In this document: piece by piece, positions 1 to 12,059 of the stretch
How positions within the stretch are numbered: the first letter of the stretch is position 1
Layout: each line of letters opens with the position of its first letter
NCBI GenBank assembly: GCA_965287045.1
Contig: CBDIYR020000001.1
Coordinates: 8,866,001-8,930,000 of the forward strand
Reading direction: 5' to 3'
Source of the DNA: Carcharhinus amblyrhynchos
Lineage: Eukaryota
DNA length: 64,000 nucleotides
Notes under the pieces: generated by a model
Seen by the model: the letters and a program-made list of their open reading frames with translations, nothing else
Databases searched by the model: none
What the model was told of the DNA's origin: nothing
Made by a program: the position numbers and the translations under genes

Positions 1-624
1 AGAGCGGTGAAACAAAACAGTGCAGATAGATTTGCAGATATTCAAGGGTTTGATTGAATTAATAGGGTAGATAGGAGAAGCGGCGCCTGCAGAATGGGAC
101 TTCCAAAGAGCAAGCAGAGACTCGACGGGCCGAATGGCCATCACTTGTGCAGTACCATTCTGTGGATCTTTGCCAGTGCGAGTGATTTCTGTGTTAGGAG
201 TATGTCAAAATATTTACATCAATTACAGAGAGGGAGGAAATATAACATCCAAAATACTTTCATTCCTGATTTTCAATTCCCTCGGCTATAGAAGATTTAA
301 GAGTGATGAAATCGAAGTATTAAAGATGATTGAACATTTTAACATGTTATATGGGGAGAAAACTCCTGTCTCTGGTAGGGGTTTACTCATAAAATTAGAT
401 GTTGGCCATCAGAAATGCTGTCAGTATGCACCCAGTATAAAGGTCAGTGATAGCAGAGCCCAAGAAAAGTTGCAGTACATGAGGCCATTTGACCCATCTT
501 GTCAATGCCAGCCCGAGGACACCCAACTGCCCTTTCAAATCATACCTTCCCATACTGGGCCCATTGCCCTGTAACTTACAGCACTTGAGGTGCAAGAGCA
601 GGCACTTTTTAAATGAACGGTAAT

Positions 625-1080
625 AGTCTCAAGCCAAGACAGTTAGGAGGATTTTGCTCCCAGACCAAATGGTCGGGGTTACATGTAGTGTGACATGAAT
701 CCGAGATCCCGGTTGAGTCCATCCTCATTCGTGCAGAACTTAGCTTTCAGTTTCTGCCTGGCAACAGTCACGTGGTGTCCGCTCACCTGTTGTCATAGCG
801 TCTGCATGGTCTCGCCCATGTACCACACCTTGGGACATCCTTTCCTATAGCGTATGAGGTAGACAACTTTGACCGAGTCACATGAGCATGTATTGTGTAC
901 CTGGTGAGTTATGTTCTCACGTGTGATGGTGGTATCCATGTTGACTCTCCGGCATGCCGTGCAGAGGCTTCCATAGTAGGGTTGTGTGGTGTCCTGGTCG
1001 CTTTCCTCTTGAAGGCCGGGCATACATTGGAGCAATCCACATGATGTATTGGTCCCCTAACTGCCGCAGGTTGAACAACC
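625..1080 (-). mobile_element. Penelope-like retroelement fragment (GIY-YIG endonuclease region), degraded
   Basis: Minus ORF 793-1035 contains VVYLIRYRKGCPKVWYMGETMQTL, resembling the Penelope GIY-YIG motif (VVYxIxC...WYIGET); frame is broken; ends approximate. Confidence 0.7.
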
Positions 1081-1424
1081 AGAAGGAAGTAAGTCCCGCG
1101 CAACCGACAAGCACATCACAACTCTTGTTTCTTCTTGAACCTTCAAATGTTTGTCACAGATTCCTACGGCAATGAAGGGGCTAATTAATTCCCTGTGTCC
1201 ATGCCTTTCCCATTGGATAGAGCCATTCCATTAGCGTCACTCTCTCATCTCCTGCTGTGAACACATATTCCTGCAAATGTTTTTATTTAAGCAAATAACA
1301 CACTCCCTTTTTAGAGATATTTTTAATCCACATTTTCAGGAACGGTATCTATCACAGCTCACTATTCAACTTCCTTTCTGCTTGTCACCTCTGGCTATTT
1401 TCACAAAAACGATATGTCTGTCGG

Positions 1425-1532
1425 TCTGCATGCCTATCTGTCTCTCTATCTATCTATCTATCTATCTTACTATCTATCTATCTATCTGACTGTCTTGTTT
1501 ATCTGTCCGCCTGTCTTCCTATGCATCTATCT
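1425..1532. repeat. (TATC)n/(TGTC)n microsatellite
   Basis: Direct tandem tatc/tgtc units. Confidence 0.9.
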
Positions 1533-1716
1533 AAATATTTATCCACATGTCCTTAAAATTGCGCCCACCGCAAAATGATGAGCGGGGAGCAGTAGAGATC
1601 CCATTTAATCCTAATCACAAAATACTATAGATGCTGGAAAACCGAATTTAAAAAAACAGAAAGAGTGCTTGAAAAACTCAGCGGGTTTCGCAACATTTGT
1701 GAAGAGAGAACCAGAT

Positions 1717-1891
1717 GCATAGAATCCCTACAGTGCAGAAAGGGGCCATTCGGCCCATTGAGTCTGCACTGACAACAATCCCTCCCGGGCCCTATCCGTA
1801 TAGCTCCACATATTTACCCCACTAATCCCACTAACCTGTACATTGTGGGATAATTTAGCATGGCCAATCAACCTAACCCGCACATCTTTGG
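1717..1891 (-). mobile_element. HE1/V-SINE 3' fragment with CR1-derived tail
   Basis: catagaatccctacagtgcagaaaggggccattcggccc tail, shared with the other SINE copies in the window. Confidence 0.75.
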
Positions 1892-2319
1892 ACCTAATTA
1901 GGTATTGTGCGAAGTCAAATATGATTCGTCTTTGGAACACACAAGGATAATTCGTATTGCTCTTCAAATCTTTACTCTGTTTCTCTGTTAAATCGTGTTT
2001 GTTCATTTGAGCTATGTTAAAAAAAAGGAAGTGGAGGCATGAAAAGTAGCTGGAAATAAAATGAGCTTGTTCGGATGCAGGGAGAGACGGTGGTGTAGTG
2101 TTCATGCCATGGACAATTGGTGATTGGAAATAAATGATGGTCCTGCCAATGCCACCTACATCCCATGAAAGAATAAAGGACTGGCGAAACATGATGAATG
2201 TGGAGGTGGTGACGAATCCATCGGGAAATAGATTTAAGGGAGTATCTAACAAGGAAGGAGTAAATGGGGAACGAAAACATGTGGGAATGAAAACAAAATG
2301 GAAAAGTGGTGTTCAAAGT

Positions 2320-2660
2320 TATCATAAACCCTACAGTGCAGAAGAAGGCCATTCGGCACATCGGGTCTGTGGTGACAACAATCCTACTCAGGCCCTTTCC
2401 ATGTGACCCCACATATTTACCTGGCTACTCCCTGTAACCTAAGTATCCCAGCACACCAAAGTGCAATTTACCATGGTCAATCAACCTAGCCCGCATATCG
2501 TTGGTCTGTGGGAGGAAACCAGAGCATCCGGAGAAAACCCACGCAGACACGGGGAGAATGTGCACATTCCACACAGGCAATGAACCGAACTGGGAATTGA
2601 GCCCAGGTCCTTGGAGCGGTGAAGCAGCAGTGCTAACCACTGCGCCACCGTGCCGCCCTT
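2320..2660 (-). mobile_element. HE1/V-SINE (tRNA head, V core, CR1 tail)
   Basis: Reverse reads GGGCGGCACGGTGGCGCAGTGGTTAGCACTGCTGC...TCTCCCCGTGTCTGCGTGGGTTTTCTCCGGATGCTCTGGTTTCCTCCCACAG. Confidence 0.85.
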
Positions 2661-3259
2661 GTGCCACATTGCTGCCCGATGAACCCGACCAGCAATTTAC
2701 TAAGTGAAGAATGATATATTGTTTCGACTAGTTGGTATGTCATTGAATATGGGTCACAATTTTAAGATGCTCAGCAAGAGAGCTATACTGAGATGAGGAG
2801 AAACGTCTTTACTCAGAGAGTGCCTGGGATTTGGACTGGGCTGCCTGTGACAAGGGTGGAGGCGGATTCCACTGGAGGTTTCAAAAGAGAGCTGGATACA
2901 TACTTGAAAGTGATGAATTTAAAGGGTTATGCAAGTAGGACTGGAGAATGGGCCCACTTGGGTAGTTCTTTCGGGAGCCGGTGCAGTAACGATGGGCCGA
3001 ATGGCTTCCTTCCCTGCTGTAATATTCTACGAAAGGCAGTGAAAGAAAAAGAAAGAATAACAAGAATGAAAGAAATAATAAAATGACTGACAAATGGGAA
3101 GTAGGATTGCACTGAAGAAACAATAAATATTGAAAGAATCAAAAAGGAAAATGTGGCCAATGAAAGACAAAAAGATGAATGAGACAAGAACTGAAGATAG
3201 GGAGAAATGAAAATAAAATGCATGATCAGTTTTGCCCAGCCTCCACATTTCTCTGCGAA

Positions 3260-3510
3260 GAGCTGGCAGGTGCAGGGGTTCAGAGGCAGTTTTTGTCACC
3301 AAGGAGAAAATGAGAGAAGATCTCAGCGAGCCGGCCTCCAAACTGACAGCGAGGACATCTGGCACATTCCGTTAAACCACAGAGTGGAAAGTGGCCCCAT
3401 GACCTACTTCAGAAACTATGAAATACGCCTGTCAGCTTAAAGCTACACCGCATTGTTTGAAAGCTCACATCCCACCGCTTCCGTTTGACTTTTTTCCATG
3501 CAGCTGCTCA
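3260..3510. promoter_or_regulatory. Candidate TCR-beta 3' enhancer (RUNX/ETS/E-box cluster)
   Basis: CAGGTG 3267-3272, CATCTG 3356-3361, AACCACA 3375-3381, ACCGCA 3447-3452, CTTCCG 3478-3483, CAGCTG 3501-3506; about 5.4 kb 3' of the C-beta stop codon. Motif evidence only. Confidence 0.3.
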
Positions 3511-4618
3511 ATGTTTTTCTCTACAGTTCGAGTCTTGTTTTGAGTCAGTATTTTCCAGAGATGTCTGAATGACTGACGAAGTAACAATAGACATGAATTT
3601 TAATGTTAATGCACATTATCGCCTTGTGGTCAGCTTTTGCGCTCCTATAACTGCATTCTTTGACAAAGCTAAAATTATAGTTTTGCCATACTGCTAGATT
3701 ACCTTAAAGTTTTGATCTGCCTTTGCACACTGATTGCTTCCATTGTTACTGCTGGCATTCTTGTAAGCTGTGAGTTCCTGAAGTAAACTATCGGAAGTCA
3801 GTTTAGCGAGAGAGAGAGGGAGAGGGAGAGAGTAATAAAGAGCGAGACCAAGCGAAGGAAGAAGATAATAAAAGAGAAAGGGACAAAGTCAGATGGAGAG
3901 GAAGCGTGAAAAAGACAGAAAGCAAGAGTCAGAGAAAATTAGAGAGCCAGAGGACAGAGGCTGAGAGAGAGAGAGAGAAAGCAAGAGCGGGGAAAGATAG
4001 ATGATAGATAAATAAATCGACAAGAGGACAGGAAATTGAAAGAGGGAGAGAGAAAAAGAAACAGCAAGAGTGAGAGAGGTGGACAAAAAGGGTGAAAGAG
4101 GGAGAGGTAAGCAGATAGGAATAGGGTTTGGAAAAACGGAGAGAAAGACAAAATGTGAGGGTGAGAACTGCCAAGAAATATGGAGAAGAAAGAACGAAAG
4201 AGTTAGAAGGGGTTCGGGGGAAGAGGGGGGAGAGGGGAGTCCGGAAAGATGACGGAAGAGTTACTGCAATAGATTATGGAGACATAGGGAGAAAAGGGAC
4301 AGAGGGCGAGAAAACATAGAGAGTAGATGAACAGAAAAGAAAAAGTGACAATGGGGAGAACAGAAAGATGGGAAGAAGTAAGATTTAGGAAGAGAGAGAG
4401 GACGGAGGTTTATAGGCACAGAGCACTGGTGGGCAAACGGTGTAGGATGTTAGAACTGGAGGTAGATCGAGAGATACAGTGGAAATGAAAACCATCTCTG
4501 ACAGAACGTTCTGAATTCCCTAAACAGGTTCTACCTACAACTTTCCAAAACTGCTTTAGAGATTGAATTGATGTATCAATTCACAGGTTTTAAGTCGGTC
4601 CGCCTTGTGTCCAACGAG

Positions 4619-5050
4619 GGGCATACACGCGGTGGGTCGTACTTGGGCTGCTCTTGGTTGTTCGAGATTGGCCTAGTGCTTCATGTCGTTAGTGTGTATC
4701 TAAACTGGACCAGATACTGAGCAAGACGACAGCTCAATGACTATCACTGATTGCTGTGCAGACACATGGAGTTGGGCCGGTGTCTGTGGGAGTTTGCGCA
4801 TTCTCCCCGTGCTTGCGTGGGTTTTCTCCGGGTGCTCCGGTTTCCTCCCACACCCCAAATATGTGCTGTTAGGCTGATTGGCAGTAATAAATTGTCCCTA
4901 AATCAGTTTCCCTCAATGTGGATGGCCATAAAACATTATACAAAGGTCGTGGGTGGAGAGGGGGACTGGTGGTGTGGAGATGGCGGCGCGGGCTCGTTGG
5001 GCCGAAGGGCCTGTTTCCCGAGCTGTTTTTTTGTTCTTTGTTCTTTGTTT
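4619..5050 (+). mobile_element. V-SINE variant with atypical 5' head
   Basis: V-SINE core from ~4780 and CR1-type tail ggcgcgggctcgttgggccgaagggcctgtttcc...(ttgttct)n; the head is shared with the copy at 19314-19751. Confidence 0.7.
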
Positions 5051-5613
5051 TGTTTATATCAGTATTGATCACTCAGTATGATAACAAATGCTCCTTCCAA
5101 TATCTGTATGCAATGAAATGTGGTTTGATTCCAATAAATCAGGACGGTTGGCGTTGTTAACAGTCTGCAAAGACTGTACAAACTGGAAGTCATGTCTGTG
5201 GAAAAGACAGAGCAGAGTGATAGTTTTATAGAGGTATAACAGTAAACATGCAAAGGAGATCGGAACAGTGGATGAAGAGAAACATGTCAGTTTCTTGGAT
5301 TGGGTCAGAAAGAATTAATCTACAAGGTAGTCAGTAATTAGTCCAACGTGGAATTCAGTCAGAAAGGGCTGAGAATGTGGATTTCAAATCGCAGGGAAAC
5401 GCTTGAGACAAAAAAAATTTAAGGAGCATCCCGATACAGTGGTAATGAAGAAAGAAATGGGAAGATTTGTTCTTGTGGCAAAATGAAAGGGATACGGAGA
5501 GACTAGGTCGAACAGACCCATTGGTGTGGAAGAGATGAGTCTTTTGCCCCTTTCTATGGTGCTATTTTTACACATTTCTATTAAGTTAGGTCTAGGCCAG
5601 AACAGGATTCTTT

Positions 5614-6709
5614 AAATTTTCTAAACAGATTCGAGGGGCTTCACATGTTGCCAGGTCTTATGTACAGGGGGTTGGTGTGGAGCTGTTTAACGCAGAGATA
5701 CCTGCCTCTGTCCCTCTCTATGATACACCAGCCCCACAACCATATGGCTGACACTTAATTGCCCCATGAAATTACCAATTCAATTGTATTCAAGAACGTC
5801 GTTAATTAACGCATTCTCAAAAGCACTTATGAATAGGAAAATATGCTGGTTTCCCTAATGTGGCCCACTACACCCCTCCGCCACATTAAATTAAAAAAAA
5901 CACCTCCCCACTTAGAGATGTTAGTCCAATATTTGGTACCTATTCAGTTGCTTCAGATCTGTTACAGAAAAAAAGAAACAACCTCTTCAAGCTGCTTAAG
6001 TTGTTAGATAAAATTGGCAGAAAGCCCTTCAGCCATGAGGATGTTTGCATTGAAAGTGATCTTTCAAACCCCTGGAATCGGTCGCATCATAACAGGAGGA
6101 GGCAAATTATTCCTCTAGTGCAAATTATTCCTCTAGTATGGTGGTGGGGCTGGTGTATCATAGACCCCACACTCTATAAAGATGATATGTTTCCCTACCC
6201 GAGTAGATTGGATTTTACAAGTATCCTGTAGCTTCAAAGTCAACATTGCTGACGATAGATTTTTGTTCCATATTTCCAGTAAATTCTCTTAATCTAAAGT
6301 CTCCTGCTGCAATAATGTGATTTCAGCCGACATCTCTGAATTATTTACCCAGGCCACTATTATAAGACCGCTACTATCCGCCACAAGCAATTTCACTAAG
6401 AATGCTTTCTTTCGACTCCTGGTTTAGACAACTTTATCCCCAGATTCGACACAGTGAACAAAGCACCCCATCTTTTATAAATGGTATCTCCACACGAACA
6501 ATTATTCTCAGAGGCAGAAAATAATTAAATAAGTCGGAGATTCGCAACGGTAGGCCAGAGCAGTTCCTCTTTTGTTCTACGGGAGTATTGAGTGACACTG
6601 TTGAGAGAGGGACAGAGGCAGGTATCTCTGCGTTAAACAACTCCATACCAACCCCCTGTACATAAGACCTGGCAACATGTCAAGCCCCTTGAACCTGTTT
6701 AGAAGATTT
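5614..6709. repeat. Nested inverted repeats (~105 bp arms 5614-5719 / 6604-6709; 26 bp arms 5718-5743 / 6138-6163)
   Basis: Direct reverse-complement comparison with few mismatches; also an 18 bp tandem duplication caaattattcctctagt at 6103-6138. Confidence 0.9.
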
Positions 6710-6802
6710 GGATGGTGTGATTGTATCCCTGGTACGTGTTCCAGTTCTTGCGGCTGATGTACATCTAAGCCACACTTCCCCACGTTTACTTGATATTCTT
6801 TA

Positions 6803-7990
6803 ACATAAGAACATTAGAAATAGGAGCCGGAGTAGGCCATCTAGCCCTTCGAGCCTGCTCCGCCATTCAATAAGATCATGGCTGATCTGAAGTGGCTCAG
6901 TTCCACTTTCCCGCTTTCTCCCCATAACCCTTAATTCCCTTGTCTGTCAAAAACTATCTACCCGTGGCTTAAATATATTTAGCAAGGTAACCTCCGCCAC
7001 TTCAACGGGCAGAGAATTCCAGAGATTCACCGTCCTTTGAGTGAAGAAGTTCCTCCTCAACTTCGTTCTAAACTGCACCCCCCCCATTATCTTGAGGCTG
7101 TGCCCTCTAGTCGACCTCTACCCTATCCATCCCTTTCATTATCTTATACGTCTCTGTAAGATCCCCCCCCCCCCTCATCCTTCTAAACTCCAACGACTAC
7201 AGACCCAGTCTATTTAGTCTCTCTTCATAGTCTAACCCCCTCATCTCCGGTATCAGCCTAGTGAACCTCCTCTGCACTCCCTCCAAGGCCAATATATCCT
7301 TGCGCAAGTGCGGCGACCAAAACTGCACACAGTACTCCAGCTGCGGCCTCACCAGTGCCCTGTACAGTTGCAGCAAGACCTCCCTGCTTTCATATTCTAG
7401 CCCTCTCGCTATAAAGGCCAGCATCCCATTCGCCTCCTTGATCACCTGCTGCACCTGCAGACTGCGTTTTTGCGACTCATGCACAAGGACCCCCAGGTCC
7501 CTCTACACCGTAGCATGCTGCAGCTTTTTGCCCTTTAAATAGTAATCCCTCCTACTATTATTTCTGCCAAAATGGATAACCTCACATTTGCTAACATTGT
7601 ACTCCATCTTCCAGGTCCTCGCCCATTCGCTCAGCCTATCCAGATCCCTCTGCAGACTTTCCACACCCTCTGCACAATTTGCTTTTCCACTCATCTTTGT
7701 GTCATCAGCAAATGTCGTTACCCTACACTCAGCCCCCTCCTCCAGATCATCTATATAAATGGTAAATAGCTGAGGCCCCGGCACCGATCCCTGCACTCCA
7801 CTAGTCACCAACCGCCCATCAGTATAGAAACCATTGATACCAACTCTCTGCCTCCTATTAGACAACCAATCCTCTATCCACGCTAACACCTTACCCCCAA
7901 CTCCATGTCCCCTAACCTTCTGAAGCAACCTTTTGTGCGGCACCTTATCAAACGCCTTTTGAAAATCGAGAAACACCACATCCACCCCTC
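6803..7990 (-). mobile_element. CR1 LINE, 5'-truncated (RT C-terminus and 3' tail)
   Basis: ORFs DVVFLDFQKAFDKVPH...FADDTK and LYRALVRPQLEYCVQFWSP; tail (ttcttatg)n. Confidence 0.95.
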
Positions 7991-8123
7991 TGTCTACTGT
8001 CTTTGATGTTCACCTCCAGCAAACACGTATAAACAAGGTTAGCTACACATCGTTGTTTAGCAAAAGGTAAGCATGGGAGAAGATTGGAATAATTGGGAGA
8101 AGAAACTTTTTTGGCAGGAATAT

Positions 8124-8133
8124 TTTATTTATT
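8124..8133 (-). terminator. Candidate poly(A) signal(s) for TRBC
   Basis: Overlapping AATAAA hexamers on the minus strand ~710 nt after the stop codon; first canonical hexamer I found downstream. Confidence 0.45.
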
Positions 8134-8838
8134 TCTTAAACAGTGAACAAGAAGAACAAATGTATAAAGAATTACAAGCGACCTGTCAATGTCAGACGCA
8201 CTGAGAGCCCTATAACAAATGTGGCCCAAGTCTCCGTATACAATCTATGAGGAGAATTCTAAAACTAACATTGACAGTTATGCATCACTAGATAAGAGCA
8301 AAATATGTTATGGTGCACTCAGCATGATTTCAGTTACAATGTGCTTTTTGCTACTTAATAATATACACAGCTTTTTTGGACTGGCACAAGAGCTTAAGTT
8401 TCATGGAGATGTTCGAGAAGCTGGAATTGTTCAGTCTGAGATCGACTGGATCTTTTACAAATGGTGGGCATTGCACGAGGGACCAAATGGCCTCTTTTGT
8501 TAGGTTCGATGATTCTTGACAAAGATTGCAATAACACGGACTAACAAATGACCTAGAAAGAGGTTGAGAATTCCTCAAAGCCTAACCTATTTAAATACAG
8601 AAAAATGTTTTAAAAAATCAATGTCAAGATTATTAAAGTAGTTACTTCAGCAGAAAAGCTAAAACAGGACATAGATTTCTCCATTAATTTCCGGCAGCAA
8701 TGGCGCACCAATTTTTATATCAGTGTGGCCAGAGTTGATAGGATAAAAATCACCTCCATGGTTTTCGCAATATTCATATCTTCTCTCTCCTTCCTCTCTC
8801 GTGTGTTCCATTATTTGCCAATTCAAAGTGTGTGATGC

Positions 8839-8865
8839 TCAATCAAACCTTTTGCTGTAAGACGT
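8839..8865 (-). CDS. TRBC: TCR beta constant exon 4 (cytoplasmic tail TSYSKRFD*)
   Basis: Acceptor tttatcgttttctag|ACG TCT TAC AGC AAA AGG TTT GAT TGA; phase 0 matches exon 3. Confidence 0.93.
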   Translation of the reverse strand, partial: TSYSKRFD

Positions 8866-9179
8866 CTAGAAAACGATAAAGAAAAACAGTCGGCCTTACC
8901 ACCATTTTAAATGAGAATCATACTACGGAGGAAGAGGCCATTCTGTCATCCCACTGGCATTTCAATCCCGCTCCCCACAAATATAAATCTAACTACATTT
9001 TAACAGTTAGTACTTAATGTGTTTCTACTTCCTTTCTGGCAGTGCTTTCCAGATCATAACAACTCGCTGCATGAAAATACTCCCTCATCTTCTCTTTTGG
9101 TTATTTGATCTATTATTCTATATCTGTGTCCTTTAGTTACGGATCCACATATTATTTGAACCACTTCTCCTTACATACA

Positions 9180-9640
9180 CATGGATCTCAGCCATTTGCG
9201 ACCCACTTTCTGCACTTCTAACATTACCTCTCTCAGAAACATGATAGCGTTCCCCTTCTCAATTTCCACCAGCCACCACATTCAAAGGATTATTTTCACC
9301 CAACTCTAACAGGATGTCTCCACCAAACATATTTTCTTCTGCCTCCCCTGTAAGCATTCGTAAGGAGCTGTTCTCGCTTCGACATCCTGGCCCACTCTTC
9401 TGTCATGCGCAACAACTCATCACTTTCCTACTGAATCTGCAAGCATGACCCGTTACTCGGTTGTTTGCCATTTCAAATCACCACCTTGATCTCTTGATCA
9501 TTTTTTGTCCTTGCAATGTTCCAGCGAATCCCAACACAAGCTGGAAAAATCGTCTTCTAATTAAGCACTTCGCAGTCTTCGCGACTCAACGTTGAATTTA
9601 ATTTAATAACCTCAGGCCGCAAACTCTTTCCTCCATTTTG
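9180..9640 (+). mobile_element. Degraded Penelope-like fragment in the C intron
   Basis: gatagcgttcccct...ccacattcaaaggattatt resembles DRVPLVLTFHP...HIQRII-type Penelope ORF; highly decayed. Confidence 0.45.
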
Positions 9641-10304
9641 TATTTCCCCTAGAACCACCCTACATGCTGTCCTGATGTATTGCTTTCAGACCGAATGGTT
9701 GCAATGGAACGAACTGTATTCAATTGGTGCTTTCTTTTTACTTGGTGCCCTGGGTAATGGGGGTGAATATGATTTTTTTTTATTTGAGTTCTGTAGAACA
9801 TGGATCATGAACTAGATGCCACTACTATAAGGCAGCTACTTGCACATCGAACATATTCAACCCCAACTAGCCAGAATTGCCTCTGCTTGGAGTTATTGAG
9901 TCGAATAGCATAGATGATTTAATGGCAGACGATAGATAAATAGACATACATGGTAACAGAGGGTCACTGTGCTCAGGTTGGTTGTAGTGGGATGGATTAC
10001 TGTGATGTTTAAATAGAGGTGGGCACCATTTAGATTGAGATAGAGTCCATGAATCTCTTTGGACCGACTGGGTAATTTATGTGCTACCATTTTTTCATGT
10101 ATTTCCATGAATGCATAAGTGAGTTTTTCCATTAAGGTCATGTAAAATGCAACAGTTGAAATGAAAATAGAATTGATTCTTTTCTTCTGAAAATCTGTAG
10201 ACTGTCATTACATGTTTGCAGAGGTCTCCAACGATTGAATGATAACCATTCTTGTTCGTTTCAGTTTTAGAATGTATGTTTTACCATACTTAAGTTAATC
10301 TTAC

Positions 10305-10411
10305 CTTCGCCTTCCAAGCAAGAATTGAGATGAATATTCCATACAAGATGCTTTTGCCGATCAAGATCAGGTACGTCAGCTTTCCTGTAAGCATGCTTTG
10401 CATTTTTGCCT
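10305..10411 (-). CDS. TRBC: TCR beta constant exon 3 (connecting peptide and transmembrane)
   Basis: cttcacag|AG GCA...GCG AAG|gtaag; translates (E)AKMQSMLTGKLTYLILIGKSILYGIFISILAWKAK with the conserved TM lysine and Y..Y CART pattern. Confidence 0.96.
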
Positions 10412-10759
10412 CTGTGAAGCAAATATAAAGAACAACTTTGGAACTTCTGTTCTCTTAGCAAATAGAACATATCGTCATCTTTGAATCCCAGTGAATGAGT
10501 TAAATTGTAGAAATATAATATTATCCATTGAAGCGTGAAGTTGATCGAGGTCCATCTCCTTATATTAAGTCTACGCTAATATTATCTGTCCAATAATGAG
10601 CACTTCTAACTTATGTACCACCCTTCCCCCAAATACGAAGCAAGATTTTGATTGCTAACTAAAAGGTGTATGGATTGGGAGTTTGTGTAATCCATTACTC
10701 AGTAAGGAGCTTCCTCCCTTGGGGGCAATGTCATTATGCCTACTCCAGGTCGCTATAAG

Positions 10760-11030
10760 TAGTATTAGAAGAGCATCGTTTCATATGAGACTTTAGACAG
10801 ATGACATGTCTGCCCCCTCAGGTGGATGTAAGTGATCCAGCAGCAGTGCTGTGTTTTCCACTGTGCGCTGGACTTCAACTATCCCTTAGCCAATGTCACT
10901 AGAAGATTATCTGGTCACATATCTCTTGCCGTCTGGGGAGGTTAGTACCCGCAAACTAGTTTCTGTCTTCATCACATTGCAGCTGTGATTAAACCTCCGA
11001 TAGAATTCATTGGCCACAATGAATTTGAAG
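10760..11030 (+). mobile_element. DeuSINE/SacSINE1-like ancient SINE remnant
   Basis: ctcaggtggatgtaa...cactagaagattatctggtca...tcattggc core; related remnants at ~18900-19260 (-), ~30040-30200 (-) and 36050-37140 (+). Confidence 0.5.
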
Positions 11031-11249
11031 ATCCTATGTCGCCCTAAAACACTTTATTTCTCTAAAGAGCATAATTCCACCTGGGTTTTTTGTGCCACAT
11101 CTCTACGATGATCTCACAGAATGAGTTTTTTGACGTGCTACAGTGCCTTTAAGAAATGCATTTCCATCATGTTCCTCTGCAATTCATTTAAGAGGGCCTG
11201 GGCTTTTGTTTTTGTTCCCAAGCTATCTGAGCCGATATTCTTTGATTAT

Positions 11250-11955
11250 TGCTGTAATCATATAACAGGCTTTCAGTTTATTTTTAATTTGGCCTAATGC
11301 ACTGTCCTGGAATTTACAACTCCTTTGAATTGATGGGGGAAGAGTGATTGATATCTCAGGTGGAGCAGTTTTGTTTTTCACAGGAAAACTTCTCTTTCAA
11401 TTTGGCTAGTTTGAAGCTGTTAGGACTGCATACTGCAAGCAGTATTTCAGTGTCTCTCTCCCTTGTATTGGAAATTCAGCTCTTGGAGGCTAGCTAGCTA
11501 GTAGCTCGAGGCAAGGAGTGCCTGTATCTCTTGAAGTGTGCTCAAAGTATTAGGGTTGGAAGGCCTCAGCTTTTTCAACTCTCCCTCCAAATGAGTAAAT
11601 CACACAGGGTTGGAAGATCCAACATCAAATGAGCATTCTTATTTTCTGTGCTAAACCTGGGATAGTTGTATGTTTGTAAGTAGGTTAATTTGGTTCGAAC
11701 AGTACACTGGGCTTTTATGCAACATCATGGTTGTTTTCTTTCATGGTTATAATTGGTAAAAGTTCTTGCTCATTTTCTACATGTTAATTATATTCTTAAA
11801 TAAAATTTGTTTGTTGAAAGCTCCTTAGAGGATCATTTGAAGCATACATGGAGCGAAATATTTTATGTCTTCCCATGCCAAAATTCGAAGTGCACAACCT
11901 ATGATCCGGGCCGACTTCATAAAACACCGTGGAATTTCTGACCTAGATTGTAACA
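11250..11955 (+). mobile_element. Probable degraded solo LTR
   Basis: 3' block aataaaatttg...aagct...gaagcatacatggagcgaaa...tgtaaca is shared with ~13170-13860 and ~50430-51235; boundaries approximate. Confidence 0.4.
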
Positions 11956-12059
11956 GCTTTAAGACAGATGCAACTCCAGTCCCTCCACTCACTGCCAAGC
12001 CTTTCTTTTTCCTCATCACAGGGAAACATATATTCCACTGAGTTGAGTCCAGGAGATCT

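Noticed and set aside
134-574. 146 aa ORF at the window start
   Set aside because: Patchwork of CR1 remnants (e.g. RRFKSDEIEVLKMI); no coherent gene.
3480-3780. Possible hydrophobic exon on plus (FAILLDYLKVLICLCTLIASIVTAGILVS) or decayed V on minus next to a purine-rich tract
   Set aside because: Weak acceptor, no partner exons, stops in the alternative frames, and no YYC or RSS.
6640-6702. Loose resemblance (AACAGG...TTGACAT...CCAGGTC) to my recollection of the mammalian E-beta core
   Set aside because: Based on memory, and the key TGTGGT RUNX site is absent; cannot be supported without alignment.
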